A DNA stretch of 64,000 bases, taken from assembly GCA_048213135.1 (NCBI GenBank), contig PS015009.1, positions 186,001-250,000 of the forward strand, given 5' to 3'. Positions 10,618 to 20,394 of the stretch are shown here, piece by piece. The notes beneath the pieces are model-generated. The model had not been told where the DNA came from. It did no database searches and saw nothing but the letters and a program-made list of their open reading frames with translations. The DNA is from Reclinomonas americana ATCC 50394. Taxonomy: Eukaryota. A program made the position numbers and the translations under genes. Position 1 is the first letter of the stretch. Each line of letters opens with the position of its first letter.

Positions 10618-12519
10618 TTACAGGAACAATTGAATAATAAATAATACCAGCACACCAATAACCATCAGCAAGACATAGTTACCCACCTGGCCGCTCTGCA
10701 GCAGGCGTACCTGGCGGCTGCCGTAGTTCACAGCCCTGCCTACTCCGTTCACAAATCCATCCACCACAGTTTTCTCAATCACATTATTAAGATAACGGGC
10801 CACAGACATTACCGGCTTAACAATAATGGTATCATAGAATTCATCCACATACCATTTGTTGGCCAGCACCTTACCCAGGCCTTTTTCTTCCTCACCTTTG
10901 TTCTCGTATTTGCTGAACTTACCCCATGCCCATATGATCATAACCAGGGCACCAATAACGGATGCCGTCATCAATACATATTCCGTTGTATGAGACAGGT
11001 GTTCCGTATGCTTTGCGATGGTATTGCTTGGCGCAAATACCGGCTCCAGGAAGGACTCCAGCCTGTGCCCGCCGTGCATAAACACTTCAGGTATACCCAC
11101 CCAGCCACCAATAACGGCGAGTATGGCCAGCACGATGAGCGGGAAGGTGATCGCGGCCGGGCTTTCGTGCAGGTGATGTTCCTGCTCATGCGTACCGCGG
11201 AATTTTCCCTGGAAGGTCATGGCATACAAACGGAACATATAATAAGCTGTCATGAATGCGGTGAGTACACCTACGCCCCACAACAATGGATTTTTCTGGT
11301 AAGCGGCTGCGAGTATTTCGTCTTTGGAAAAGAAACCCGAGAATGGCGGCATACCGGCAATGGCCAGGCAGCCCAGTAAGAAAGTGATGTGCGTTATGCC
11401 CATGTACTTTTTCAGTCCGCCCATATTCCGCATATCCTGTTCACCACCCATGGCATGGATAACACTGCCTGCGCCGAGGAACAACAGGGCTTTGAAGAAA
11501 GCGTGTGTCATTACATGAAATACAGCGCCTGTATAAGCGCCTACGCCCAGGGCGAGGAACATATAACCCAGCTGGCTAACGGTTGAATAAGCCAGCACTT
11601 TTTTAATATCGTTTTGTTTAAGTGCGATGGAGGCCGCTACCAATGCAGTCACCAGCCCAATGGCGGCAATCACTGCCTGTGTAATTTCGGCCATGGTGAA
11701 CAGCACATTGCTCCTGGCGATCATATAGATACCTGCTGTTACCATCGTGGCGGCATGGATCAACGCCGATACGGGTGTAGGACCGGCCATCGCATCGGGC
11801 AGCCAGGTGTATAAAGGTATCTGTGCACTTTTACCGGTTGCGCCTACAAAGAGCAATAAAGTAATGCCGGTGATATCTGTTGCAGATAACTTGCTAACGT
11901 TTGCGAATATGGTATGGTAATCTGCAGAACCGGTTTTGGTAATGAACCAGAATACAGCCAGCAGGAAACCCAGGTCACCGATGCGGTTCATGATGAAGGC
12001 TTTCTTCGCGGCATTGGTATAATCGTTATTGCGGAACCAGTAGCCGATGAGCAGGTAAGAACAAAGGCCCACGCCTTCCCAGCCGATGAACATGATCACA
12101 TAGTTGGCGCCAAGCACCAGCAACAGCATGGAGAAAACAAAGAGATTGAGATAGGCGAAATACTTGGCAAAATCTTTTGGTTCTTCATCATGCATATACG
12201 AAGTGGAGTACACATGAATAAGGAAACCCACGCCGGTAATGATGAGGAGAAAAAGTGACGACAACTGGTCAACCTGGAAATCGAAACCGATCTTTACCGC
12301 GGTGGTGTTGATGAAGTCGAAATAGTGCAGCGTTTGTACGTTGCCGTCAACCACCTGCAGAAAGATCATCAGGCTGATGATAAAAGAACCGAGAATAACC
12401 CCGCTGCCGATGACACCCGACAGTCCTTTCGACAGGTATTTCCTGCCCAGTCCGTTGATGAGGAAACCAACGAGGGGCAGAACAGGGATCAGCCATGCCA
12501 ATTGAAAAACATTACTCAT
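10618..12519 (-). CDS. nuoL: NADH-quinone oxidoreductase subunit L
   Basis: GKSAQIPLYTWLPDAMAGPTPVSALIHAATMVTAG. Confidence 0.97.
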   Translation of the reverse strand: MSNVFQLAWLIPVLPLVGFLINGLGRKYLSKGLSGVIGSGVILGSFIISLMIFLQVVDGNVQTLHYFDFINTTAVKIGFDFQVDQLSSLFLLIITGVGFLIHVYSTSYMHDEEPKDFAKYFAYLNLFVFSMLLLVLGANYVIMFIGWEGVGLCSYLLIGYWFRNNDYTNAAKKAFIMNRIGDLGFLLAVFWFITKTGSADYHTIFANVSKLSATDITGITLLLFVGATGKSAQIPLYTWLPDAMAGPTPVSALIHAATMVTAGIYMIARSNVLFTMAEITQAVIAAIGLVTALVAASIALKQNDIKKVLAYSTVSQLGYMFLALGVGAYTGAVFHVMTHAFFKALLFLGAGSVIHAMGGEQDMRNMGGLKKYMGITHITFLLGCLAIAGMPPFSGFFSKDEILAAAYQKNPLLWGVGVLTAFMTAYYMFRLYAMTFQGKFRGTHEQEHHLHESPAAITFPLIVLAILAVIGGWVGIPEVFMHGGHRLESFLEPVFAPSNTIAKHTEHLSHTTEYVLMTASVIGALVMIIWAWGKFSKYENKGEEEKGLGKVLANKWYVDEFYDTIIVKPVMSVARYLNNVIEKTVVDGFVNGVGRAVNYGSRQVRLLQSGQVGNYVLLMVIGVLVLFIIQLFL

Positions 12520-12560
12520 AAGTCGTTATTAAATAACAGGAACTGTTGCACAGCCCGCTG

Positions 12561-12893
12561 TTAATGCTTTAACCGGTTTAAGAAATTCACGTCAATCGAA
12601 TGGGTATTCCTGTACATCATTACGATAATAGCCAGGCCCACACTCACTTCCGCGGCGGCTACCACCATAATAAAGAACACAAATACCTGTGCGTCGCTCA
12701 CTACCGATGGGTTGGTTGCGCCCAGCGGTGAGGCGGCATGCATTTTAGAAAATGCCACCAGCAGCAGGTTCACGGCATTCAGCATGAGCTCAATGCACAT
12801 GAAGATGATGATCGCGTTCCTGCGGGTGAGTACGCCGGTGATGCCGATACAGAAAAGGGCAACTGCCAGTCCGATATACCATTGAATGTCCAT
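12561..12893 (-). CDS. nuoK: NADH-quinone oxidoreductase subunit K
   Basis: [22 protein letters not shown]. Confidence 0.95.
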   Translation of the reverse strand: MDIQWYIGLAVALFCIGITGVLTRRNAIIIFMCIELMLNAVNLLLVAFSKMHAASPLGATNPSVVSDAQVFVFFIMVVAAAEVSVGLAIIVMMYRNTHSIDVNFLNRLKH

Positions 12894-12926
12894 ATACTTT
12901 TATTGTGTGGCGACGGATCGCCTGCT

Positions 12927-13424
12927 TTATCTTTCTTTTTTACTGATCACTACCGCGCCAATCATCGCACTCAGGAACAGCACACTGCTGATCTCGAAGG
13001 GCAATACAAAATCGTTGAACAGGGCCTTGCCCAGGTTCTTCACCAGGCCGGCGTTGCCTTCGTTCAGTTGAACGGTTGCACCGCCTGATTTGCTGAGGGC
13101 CGCCAGTATCACAAGGAAAAGGCTGCCGCCGGAGATGAGCCCGGCAAATTTCAGCAGTTTATTTTTCTGTGGTTCTGCGTCGGTGTTCAGGTTCATCAGC
13201 ATCACCACGAAGAGGAACAGTACCATGATGGCGCCGGCATAAACGATGAGGTTCACAATGGCGAGGAACTGCGCATTCATCATAATATAATGTCCTGAAA
13301 TGGCGAAGAACGTGACGATCAGCCACAATACGCTGTGCACCGGGCTTTTGCTGGTGATCACCATCAGGGCGCTGCCCAATGCCATAACCGTAAGGAACCA
13401 GAATATGATCTGTGTAATACCCAT
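12927..13424 (-). CDS. nuoJ: NADH-quinone oxidoreductase subunit J
   Basis: LIVYAGAIMVLFLFVVML; PFEISSVLFL. Confidence 0.95.
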   Translation of the reverse strand: MGITQIIFWFLTVMALGSALMVITSKSPVHSVLWLIVTFFAISGHYIMMNAQFLAIVNLIVYAGAIMVLFLFVVMLMNLNTDAEPQKNKLLKFAGLISGGSLFLVILAALSKSGGATVQLNEGNAGLVKNLGKALFNDFVLPFEISSVLFLSAMIGAVVISKKER

Positions 13425-13429
13425 AATAA

Positions 13430-13981
13430 TTAAACTGTTTCTTTTTTAGCCCTGTTGCCCAATGCCTTCTGGTATGCGTCCGGTTCGTTGATGGGGTGAG
13501 GGATCAGTAATTCATCTTTGCTGTAAACAAATTGCTTGCGTTTGTAATCGGCCGGCGCAAAAGTTTCACTGAGGTAGATGGCGTCTTTCGGACAAGCCTC
13601 TTCGCACAAACCGCAGAATATACAACGCAGCATGTTGATCTCATATTTAGCGGCGTACTTTTCTTCACGGTATTTATCTTCCTCTCCCGCTTTTCTTTCC
13701 GCTGCTTCCATAGTGATGGCTTCTGCCGGGCAGGCTACGGCACACAAACCGCAGGCAGTGCAGTTCTCCCTTCCTTCCGCGTCGCGGTTGAGGATATGCA
13801 GACCACGGAATACCGGGCTGAAAGGTCTTTTCTTTTCCGGGTAATTGATCGTGGGCTTCTTCTTGAACATGTGCATGAACGTAATGGCCATGCCTTTGAA
13901 GATAGCAGGCAGGTAAAGCCTTTCCATAAAGCTCAGCGGCTTCCGTTCTACTTCCTTTACCCTGTTGGTTAATGCTTGCAT
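13430..13981 (-). CDS. nuoI: NADH-quinone oxidoreductase subunit I
   Basis: Two CxxCxxCxxxCP ferredoxin motifs; start taken at MQALTN. Confidence 0.95.
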   Translation of the reverse strand: MQALTNRVKEVERKPLSFMERLYLPAIFKGMAITFMHMFKKKPTINYPEKKRPFSPVFRGLHILNRDAEGRENCTACGLCAVACPAEAITMEAAERKAGEEDKYREEKYAAKYEINMLRCIFCGLCEEACPKDAIYLSETFAPADYKRKQFVYSKDELLIPHPINEPDAYQKALGNRAKKETV

Positions 13982-14029
13982 AGTTGATCCGTTATACAAA
14001 CGGTAATTTAATGTTGCGCAAATATATCT

Positions 14030-15097
14030 TTAAAAATGCCAGTTATTCTGTTTCAGCAATACCAGCGCCCCGGTGATGAGCATATTCACCAAAGCCAGTG
14101 GTATCAGTACTTTCCATCCCAGGTTCATCAGCTGATCGTAACGGAAACGCGGTATCGTCCACCTCACCCACATAAAGATGAACAGGAAGATGACTACTTT
14201 ACCCATGAGGGCAAGCACCCCTATTACTGCCATCACATTTTGCGACCATCCCCAGGCCGACTCATCCACGAAAGGCAGCAGGTCGTACCCGCCGAAGAAC
14301 ATGGTAGCCATGATCACGCTGCTCACAAACATATTGATGTATTCGGAGAACAGGTAAAAGCCCAGTTTCATGGAAGAGTATTCGGTATGGTAACCACCGA
14401 TGAGTTCATTCTCCGCTTCAGGCAGATCGAACGGCGTACGGTTACATTCGGCGAAAGCGCAGATGAGGAAGATGAGGAATCCCAGCGGCTGGTACACGAT
14501 GTTCCAGATGCTGCCATTGGCCTGCTGCTGTACTACCATTTCTTTCAGGCTGAGATTGCCGGTAACGAACAGCAACGCGATCAGCGAGAGGCCCATCGGC
14601 AACTCATAACTGATGATCTGCGAAGCGGCACGCAGTCCGCCCATCAATGAGAATTTATTATTACTGGCCCAGCTGCCGATCATAATACCATACACACCCA
14701 AACTCACCACGGCGAATACATACAGGATACCTACGTCTACATTGGCTATCTGCAGTTGTATATCGCGGCCAAACAAATGAACGGAGTCTCCCCATGGAAT
14801 AACAGCGCCGGTCATGATGGCGGTCAGCATCGCCAGTGATGGTCCTAATATGAAAAGGAACTTCGATGAAAAATTAGGAATGATCTCTTCTTTGAAAAAC
14901 AATTTCAATCCATCGGCAACGGGCTGCAATAAACCAAAAGGTCCGGCACGGTTGGGACCGCGGCGGTCCTGCAGTATAGCCGCCACCTTCCTTTCCGCGA
15001 AAGTGGTGTACATGGCAATACCCAGCGAGCCCATCACCACTACGAGGATCAGCGCGAATTTTTCAATGATCAATGTCCAGTCAATTGCTAAGAGCAT
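14030..15097 (-). CDS. nuoH: NADH-quinone oxidoreductase subunit H
   Basis: GPNRAGPFGLLQPVADGLK; NRTPFDLPEAENEL. Confidence 0.97.
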   Translation of the reverse strand: MLLAIDWTLIIEKFALILVVVMGSLGIAMYTTFAERKVAAILQDRRGPNRAGPFGLLQPVADGLKLFFKEEIIPNFSSKFLFILGPSLAMLTAIMTGAVIPWGDSVHLFGRDIQLQIANVDVGILYVFAVVSLGVYGIMIGSWASNNKFSLMGGLRAASQIISYELPMGLSLIALLFVTGNLSLKEMVVQQQANGSIWNIVYQPLGFLIFLICAFAECNRTPFDLPEAENELIGGYHTEYSSMKLGFYLFSEYINMFVSSVIMATMFFGGYDLLPFVDESAWGWSQNVMAVIGVLALMGKVVIFLFIFMWVRWTIPRFRYDQLMNLGWKVLIPLALVNMLITGALVLLKQNNWHF

Positions 15098-15106
15098 ATA
15101 ATAATT

Positions 15107-16240
15107 TTAATCAGCCTTGTTTTTAAAATCACCCGAATTGGCGGGCCTGTCGATCGTACTCAGGTGTATCGACGGGTCGTTCACTTCACTTACACTGTGG
15201 ATGTCCATCAGCAGTTTGGGATCACGTCCACCCATCACAGATTTCACGGTCTCTTTCGGCATTTCCAGTGTTTTGTATTTATTGGCGCCGATCACGGAAT
15301 GGCGGCTGATGGCGGTGAGTCCTTCCACTACCCAGTCGCTCGTTTTCTTTTTGTCGAAGCGGCAGGTATTGCATATCCAGCCTGGCTTGCCGTCGTAGCT
15401 CTGCACTTCACCCCATTCATCTTTACGTGCCGTTACACGGAATACTTCATCACCACGTAACCACAGCGTGGCTTTGCCGCAGCATTTAGGGTTCTCACAA
15501 TCACGGTGCGCATCTACCGGTTTGGTGAACCATACCCTGTTTTTGAAACGGAAAGTTTTATCGGTAAGCGCACCAACCGGGCATACATCAATCATATTAC
15601 CACTGAAGTCGTTGTCGATGGCTTTGGAGATATAGGTAGAGATGGCGGCATGATCGCCCCTGTCTACCACACCATGTACACGGTGATCGGTGATCTGGTC
15701 GGCTACATAAGTACAGCGATAGCAGAGGATACACCTGGTCATGTGTAATTGTATGTAAGGGCCGATGTCTTCTTTATGAAAAGTCCTTCTTGCAAATTCA
15801 TAACGTGTGCCTTCTTTGCCGTGCTCGTAGCCCAGGTCCTGCAGGTGGCATTCACCGGCCTGGTCGCAGATGGGGCAGTCGAGCGGGTGGTTCAGCAACA
15901 GGAATTCCACCACGCCGTTGCGGGCATCGGTTACGCGGTCGCTGGTGATGTTCTTCACCACCATACCGTCCATTACCGTTGTACGGCAGCTGGCCACCAG
16001 CTTGGGCATAGGCCTCGGGTCGGCTGTTGAGCCGGCGGCCACTTCCACCAGGCAGGTACGGCATTTACCGCCACTGCCCTGCAGCTTGCTGTAATAGCAC
16101 ATGGCGGGAGGTGTTACATCACCGCCTATCTGCCTCGCGGCATTCAGTATGGTAGTACCCGGCGGCACTTCAATAGTGATGTTGTCGATCGTCACTTTGA
16201 AGTTGGCGGGGGTTTCTTTTTTTGCTGTCTCGTCTGCCAT
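15107..16240 (-). CDS. nuoG: NADH-quinone oxidoreductase subunit G (short form, Fe-S domains only)
   Basis: CRTCLVEV, NHPLDCPICDQAGECHLQD, CILCYRC; 377 aa. Confidence 0.9.
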   Translation of the reverse strand: MADETAKKETPANFKVTIDNITIEVPPGTTILNAARQIGGDVTPPAMCYYSKLQGSGGKCRTCLVEVAAGSTADPRPMPKLVASCRTTVMDGMVVKNITSDRVTDARNGVVEFLLLNHPLDCPICDQAGECHLQDLGYEHGKEGTRYEFARRTFHKEDIGPYIQLHMTRCILCYRCTYVADQITDHRVHGVVDRGDHAAISTYISKAIDNDFSGNMIDVCPVGALTDKTFRFKNRVWFTKPVDAHRDCENPKCCGKATLWLRGDEVFRVTARKDEWGEVQSYDGKPGWICNTCRFDKKKTSDWVVEGLTAISRHSVIGANKYKTLEMPKETVKSVMGGRDPKLLMDIHSVSEVNDPSIHLSTIDRPANSGDFKNKAD

Positions 16241-16249
16241 ATTGTTTAT

Positions 16250-16661
16250 GTTTCACGCAAAGCCCGCAAAGGAGCAATGACGCGAAGATTATAATCTGTT
16301 AACTATTCTGTGTATTCCATCTTTTATTAATGGAACGTTGAAATTGATCAGCATTCCCAATTTCAAATTTGTCAATTTCAAATAAGTCAATACTTGTTTG
16401 TAATGCACCTCCTCAAGGGCTTTAACTGATTTCAACTCAAGTATTACTTTATTTTCAATAATGATGTCCGCTCTAAACCCTACTTCCATTCTTATCTCTT
16501 CGTACACACTTTCAAAAAGCCCTGGTCCGTATTTCCTGTGAATCGCTATGCACAAATCCATGACCACACCTGATATCTCATTCTCACTCATCATTTTCCT
16601 CTTTTATATCTAAGCTTTCTTCTGCGGGCGGCTCTGCTCCTCTGCGGACCTTGCGTGAAAC
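16250..16661. mobile_element. Inverted-repeat-bounded GxxExxY cassette between nuoF and nuoG
   Basis: 27-bp inverted repeats at 16250-16276 and 16635-16661 (24/27 identical) flank an AT-rich ORF. Confidence 0.6.
16289..16594 (-). pseudogene. GxxExxY family protein with a probable in-frame internal deletion
   Basis: GPGLFESVYEE joins directly to IRMEVGFRADIIIENKVILELKSV..QVLTYLKLT..INFN. It is 101 aa, shorter than typical family members as recalled. Confidence 0.7.
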
Positions 16662-18017
16662 TTACGCTGTGACGGGCACATGCACAGGATCCGCATAATG
16701 CGCCAGTCCATAATTCGTCCTCAAACATTCTTCCGGGTTGTTCACATGCCATTCAAACTCGTCGCGGAAGTGGCGGATGGCGGCAGCTACCGGCCAGGCA
16801 GCGGCGTCGCCCAGCGGACAAATGGTATTACCTTCTATCTTACGCTGTATATCCCACAACAGATCGATATCGCTTAGTTTGCCTTTACCGTTCTCTATGT
16901 TCATTAATATTTTCTCCATCCAGCCGGTACCTTCACGGCAGGGACTGCATTGTCCGCAGCTTTCGTGGCGGTAAAACCTGGCCAGTGTTAATGTATGTTT
17001 TACTACACATTGGTCTTCATCGAGCACAATAAAACCACCGCTGCCCATCATACTGCCGCTGGCAAAACCGCCATCGCTGAGACTTTCATAGTTCATCAGG
17101 CGCTTTTCGCCTTTAGCTGTGGTCAGCAACAGGTTGGCAGGCAAAATCGGAACAGAAGAACCGCCCGGGATGCAGGCTTTTAATTTTTTTCCGTTGGGAA
17201 TACCTCCGCAATATTCATCGCTGAAAATAAACTCCTCAACGGAGATGGTCATATCAATTTCGTAAACGCCGGGTTTATTGATGTTACCGCAGGCGCTCAT
17301 CAGTTTGGTGCCGGTGCTTTTACCCACACCAATCTGTGCATAGGCTTCGCCACCATCGTTGATGATCGGTACCACAGCTGCAAGTGTTTCCACGTTGTTC
17401 ACCACTGTCGGACAATCCCATACACCTTTTACGGCCGGGAATGGTGGTTTGATGCGGGGGTTACCGCGTTTGCCTTCCAGCGATTCGATGAGTGCCGTTT
17501 CTTCACCGCAGATATAGGCACCAGCGCCGCGTTGTACATAGATCTCACAATCGAAGCCACTGCCCTGGATATTTTTACCCAGCCAGCCATTTTTCTTCGC
17601 TTCCGCGATGGCTTCTTCCAGTATATCTGTGATCCAGGCATATTCGCCGCGGATATAGATGTAACTCACATTGCTGCCAAGGGCATAAGAAGATACCACC
17701 ATGCCTTCAATAAGGATATGAGGAATAAATTCCATGAGGTAGCGATCCTTAAAAGTTCCGGGTTCGCTTTCATCAGCATTGCACACCAGGTAGCGGGGCA
17801 CACCTTCAGGCTTGGCAAGGAAACTCCATTTCATTCCCGTAGGAAAGCCGGCACCGCCACGGCCACGCAGACCGCTTTTCTTCACTTCTTCCACCACATC
17901 GCCGGGCGCCATTTTCAGGGCTTTCTCCACGCTGCGGTAGCCACCTTCACGACGGTAAACATCGTAATAGCGGATGCCTTCAACATGGGCTTTGTCCAGT
18001 AATAATTTTTTACTCAT
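16662..18017 (-). CDS. nuoF: NADH-quinone oxidoreductase subunit F
   Basis: GLRGRGGAGFPTG, NADESEPGTFKDR, GAYICGEETAL, ESCGQCSPCREG. Confidence 0.97.
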   Translation of the reverse strand: MSKKLLLDKAHVEGIRYYDVYRREGGYRSVEKALKMAPGDVVEEVKKSGLRGRGGAGFPTGMKWSFLAKPEGVPRYLVCNADESEPGTFKDRYLMEFIPHILIEGMVVSSYALGSNVSYIYIRGEYAWITDILEEAIAEAKKNGWLGKNIQGSGFDCEIYVQRGAGAYICGEETALIESLEGKRGNPRIKPPFPAVKGVWDCPTVVNNVETLAAVVPIINDGGEAYAQIGVGKSTGTKLMSACGNINKPGVYEIDMTISVEEFIFSDEYCGGIPNGKKLKACIPGGSSVPILPANLLLTTAKGEKRLMNYESLSDGGFASGSMMGSGGFIVLDEDQCVVKHTLTLARFYRHESCGQCSPCREGTGWMEKILMNIENGKGKLSDIDLLWDIQRKIEGNTICPLGDAAAWPVAAAIRHFRDEFEWHVNNPEECLRTNYGLAHYADPVHVPVTA

Positions 18018-18020
18018 TAT

Positions 18021-18113
18021 AAGTCAAAATTCAAAAGTCAAAAGTCAAAAGACGGCGCTTGAATTATCGAGTCCCGTGTTTTGAATTTTTACTTTTTACT
18101 TTTTAATTTTTAG
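18021..18113. repeat. Heptamer-repeat hairpin element, copy 1
   Basis: (GTCAAAA/TTCAAAA)n, then a spacer, then (TTTTGAA/TTTTTAC)n. Confidence 0.8.
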
Positions 18114-18115
18114 TT

Positions 18116-18535
18116 TCAGCCCTTCACCGCCTGTCTCGCGAACAATATCCAGCGTTTGCCTTTCTTCACCCATACTTCCAGCACTTTCAGGTGAAAATTG
18201 CTGGTGGTTCCTTTCAATGTTGCTGTTATATCCGCGATGAAACGAACATTGGCCATATTGCCGTTGATCGTTACGGTAATGCTGTCTTCCTTAAATACCT
18301 GGTAACTGATGTAACCGGTTTCCAGGTCTTTGATCACGTCTGTTTTTGTTTCCACCCAACCGTTGCTGTGTCCGTAACTCAGTGCCTTGTCGGTCTGCTG
18401 GTTAATGGAAACTGTATTTTTTTGTACCAATGCCTGGTGAAACTCCTTTATGGTTGTTTCCAGTTTTTTTTCTTCTGTTTGCGCTGCGGCTGACAGTGAA
18501 AAAAGAACAAATGTTATGGTCAGTATTCTTTTCAA
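18116..18535 (-). CDS. Secreted NTF2-like (DUF4440-type) protein inserted between nuoE and nuoF
   Basis: Signal peptide followed by LSYGHSNGWVETK..LEVWVKKGKRW; probable TTG start at 18535. Confidence 0.7.
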   Translation of the reverse strand: MKRILTITFVLFSLSAAAQTEEKKLETTIKEFHQALVQKNTVSINQQTDKALSYGHSNGWVETKTDVIKDLETGYISYQVFKEDSITVTINGNMANVRFIADITATLKGTTSNFHLKVLEVWVKKGKRWILFARQAVKG

Positions 18536-18537
18536 TT

Positions 18538-19032
18538 TTAATTGGCTTTGGCGCGGCATTCATCAATAATGCGGTCCACCTTCTCTTTGGTCAGGTGTTC
18601 GCGGTAGTGCTTGCCGAGCTGCATCATGGGAGCATAACCACAGGCGCCCAGGCATTCAACCGTTTTGAGTGTGAACATACCGTCGGCTGTTGTTTCGCCC
18701 ACATTGATGTTAAGCTTTTCTTTGATGTAGGCAATGATATCATCGCTGCCGTTCAGCATACAGGGCCCCGTCTGGCAAACCTCGAACATATATTTACCAA
18801 CGGGTTTCAGGTTGTACATGCTGTAAAAGCTGGCCACTTCATATACCTCAATAGGATCGAGCTGCAGCAGTGTGGCTACATAGTCCATCACCGGCACATC
18901 CAGCCATCCGCCGAATTCATCCTGTGCCAGGTGAAGTACCGGGAGCAGGGCGCTTTTCTGGCGGCCTTCGGGATAGCGGGAGATGATCTCCTTTACCTTA
19001 TCCAGCTTTTCTTTTGAAAATTCAACACTCAT
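18538..19032 (-). CDS. nuoE: NADH-quinone oxidoreductase subunit E
   Basis: VCQTGPC..VECLGACGYAP 2Fe-2S ligands. Confidence 0.95.
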   Translation of the reverse strand: MSVEFSKEKLDKVKEIISRYPEGRQKSALLPVLHLAQDEFGGWLDVPVMDYVATLLQLDPIEVYEVASFYSMYNLKPVGKYMFEVCQTGPCMLNGSDDIIAYIKEKLNINVGETTADGMFTLKTVECLGACGYAPMMQLGKHYREHLTKEKVDRIIDECRAKAN

Positions 19033-19035
19033 ATT

Positions 19036-19072
19036 TAATTACTAATTACTAATGACCAATTACTAAATACTT
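19036..19072. repeat. TAATTAC heptamer repeat at the nuoD/nuoE junction
   Basis: taattac-taattac-taatgac-caattac; the complementary-type motif GTAATTA/GTAATTC repeats at 55894-55921. Confidence 0.6.
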
Positions 19073-19076
19073 AGCA

Positions 19077-20297
19077 TTATGCATCCAATTCCCCCGCGAT
19101 CAAATTCAGGCTGCTCATCGTGATCACCGCGTCGCTCAGCATACCGCCCTGTATCAGTTCCGGATAAGCCTGGTAATAGATGAAGCAGGGCCTGCGGAAA
19201 TGCAAACGGTAAGGCGTACGGCCTCCGTCGCTGATCAGGTAAAATCCTAACTCGCCATTGGCGCCTTCCACGCTGCTGTATACCTCACCGGCAGGTATAT
19301 CTGTCTCACCCATGATGATCTTGAAATGATAGATGAGCGCTTCCATTTTAGTGTACACATCTTTCTTTTCAGGAAGATAATATGCGGGTGCATCGGCATG
19401 ATACACTTCGGCTTCAGCGCCTTTGAACTCCTGAACTTTCTGCCAGGCCTGTTCAATGATGCTGAGGCTTTGCCACATTTCTTCGTTGCGCACCAGGAAA
19501 CGGTCGTAACAATCACCGGTCTTGCCCACGGGTATGATAAAATCAAAATCTTCGTAAGAGCTGTAAGGCGTGTGTACCCTTACATCATAGTCAACACCGG
19601 CGGCACGCAGGTTGGGGCCGGTAAAACCGTAATTGAGTGCACGCTCTGCTGATATAGGTCCGCACCCGATGGTCCGCTCCATGAAGATGCGGTTGCGGGT
19701 GAACAATTTTTCAAACTCTTTCAGCTGTGCGGGATATTCTTTCAGGAATTTTTCGAGTTTCTCAAAAGCGGTATTGGTGAAATTTCTTTCGAACCCACCA
19801 ATACGGCCAATATTGGTCGTCAGCCTTGAGCCGCATACCTCTTCATATATTTCATAGATCAACTCACGGTATTGCATGAGGTAGAGGAAGCCGGAGTAAG
19901 CGCCGCTGTCCACACCCACAATTGAGTTACAGATCAGGTGATCGGAGATGCGGGACAATTCCATGATGATAACACGGAGATAATCGACCCGCTTAGGTGT
20001 TTGAACACCGAGTAATTTTTCACATACCAGGTGCCAGCCCATATTATTGATAGGCGAAGAACAGTAGTTCAGCCTGTCGGTAAGCGGCGTGATCTGGTAC
20101 AGCGGTCGGCGTTCAGCGATCTTTTCAAAAGCACGGTGAATATAACCTACTGTGGAAGTAGCTTTCATGATGCGTTCGCCATCCAGTTCCAGGATATTCT
20201 GGAACACACCATGCGTGGCCGGGTGCGTAGGCCCCAGGTTGAGCGTAGTGGTTTGCTTTTCGATGCTTCCTTCCGGTAAAAGAATATGATCACTCAT
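19077..20297 (-). CDS. nuoD: NADH-quinone oxidoreductase subunit D
   Basis: NLGPTHPATHGV, GYIHRAFEK, GELGFY; start taken at MSDHIL. Confidence 0.95.
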   Translation of the reverse strand: MSDHILLPEGSIEKQTTTLNLGPTHPATHGVFQNILELDGERIMKATSTVGYIHRAFEKIAERRPLYQITPLTDRLNYCSSPINNMGWHLVCEKLLGVQTPKRVDYLRVIIMELSRISDHLICNSIVGVDSGAYSGFLYLMQYRELIYEIYEEVCGSRLTTNIGRIGGFERNFTNTAFEKLEKFLKEYPAQLKEFEKLFTRNRIFMERTIGCGPISAERALNYGFTGPNLRAAGVDYDVRVHTPYSSYEDFDFIIPVGKTGDCYDRFLVRNEEMWQSLSIIEQAWQKVQEFKGAEAEVYHADAPAYYLPEKKDVYTKMEALIYHFKIIMGETDIPAGEVYSSVEGANGELGFYLISDGGRTPYRLHFRRPCFIYYQAYPELIQGGMLSDAVITMSSLNLIAGELDA

Positions 20298-20302
20298 GGT
20301 AT

Positions 20303-20394
20303 AAGTCAAAATTCAAAAGTCAAAATTCAAAATGTGATCTTAGATTACAATGTCTCCTATTTTGAATTTTTACTTTTTACTTTTTAATTTTTAA
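20303..20394. repeat. Heptamer-repeat hairpin element, copy 2
   Basis: Same arms as 18021-18113 with a different central spacer. Confidence 0.8.

Noticed and set aside
15107-16240. nuoG as a truncated pseudogene
   Set aside because: It is an intact ORF with its Fe-S motifs and is tightly coupled to nuoH; short NuoG forms are, as recalled, usual in Bacteroidota.
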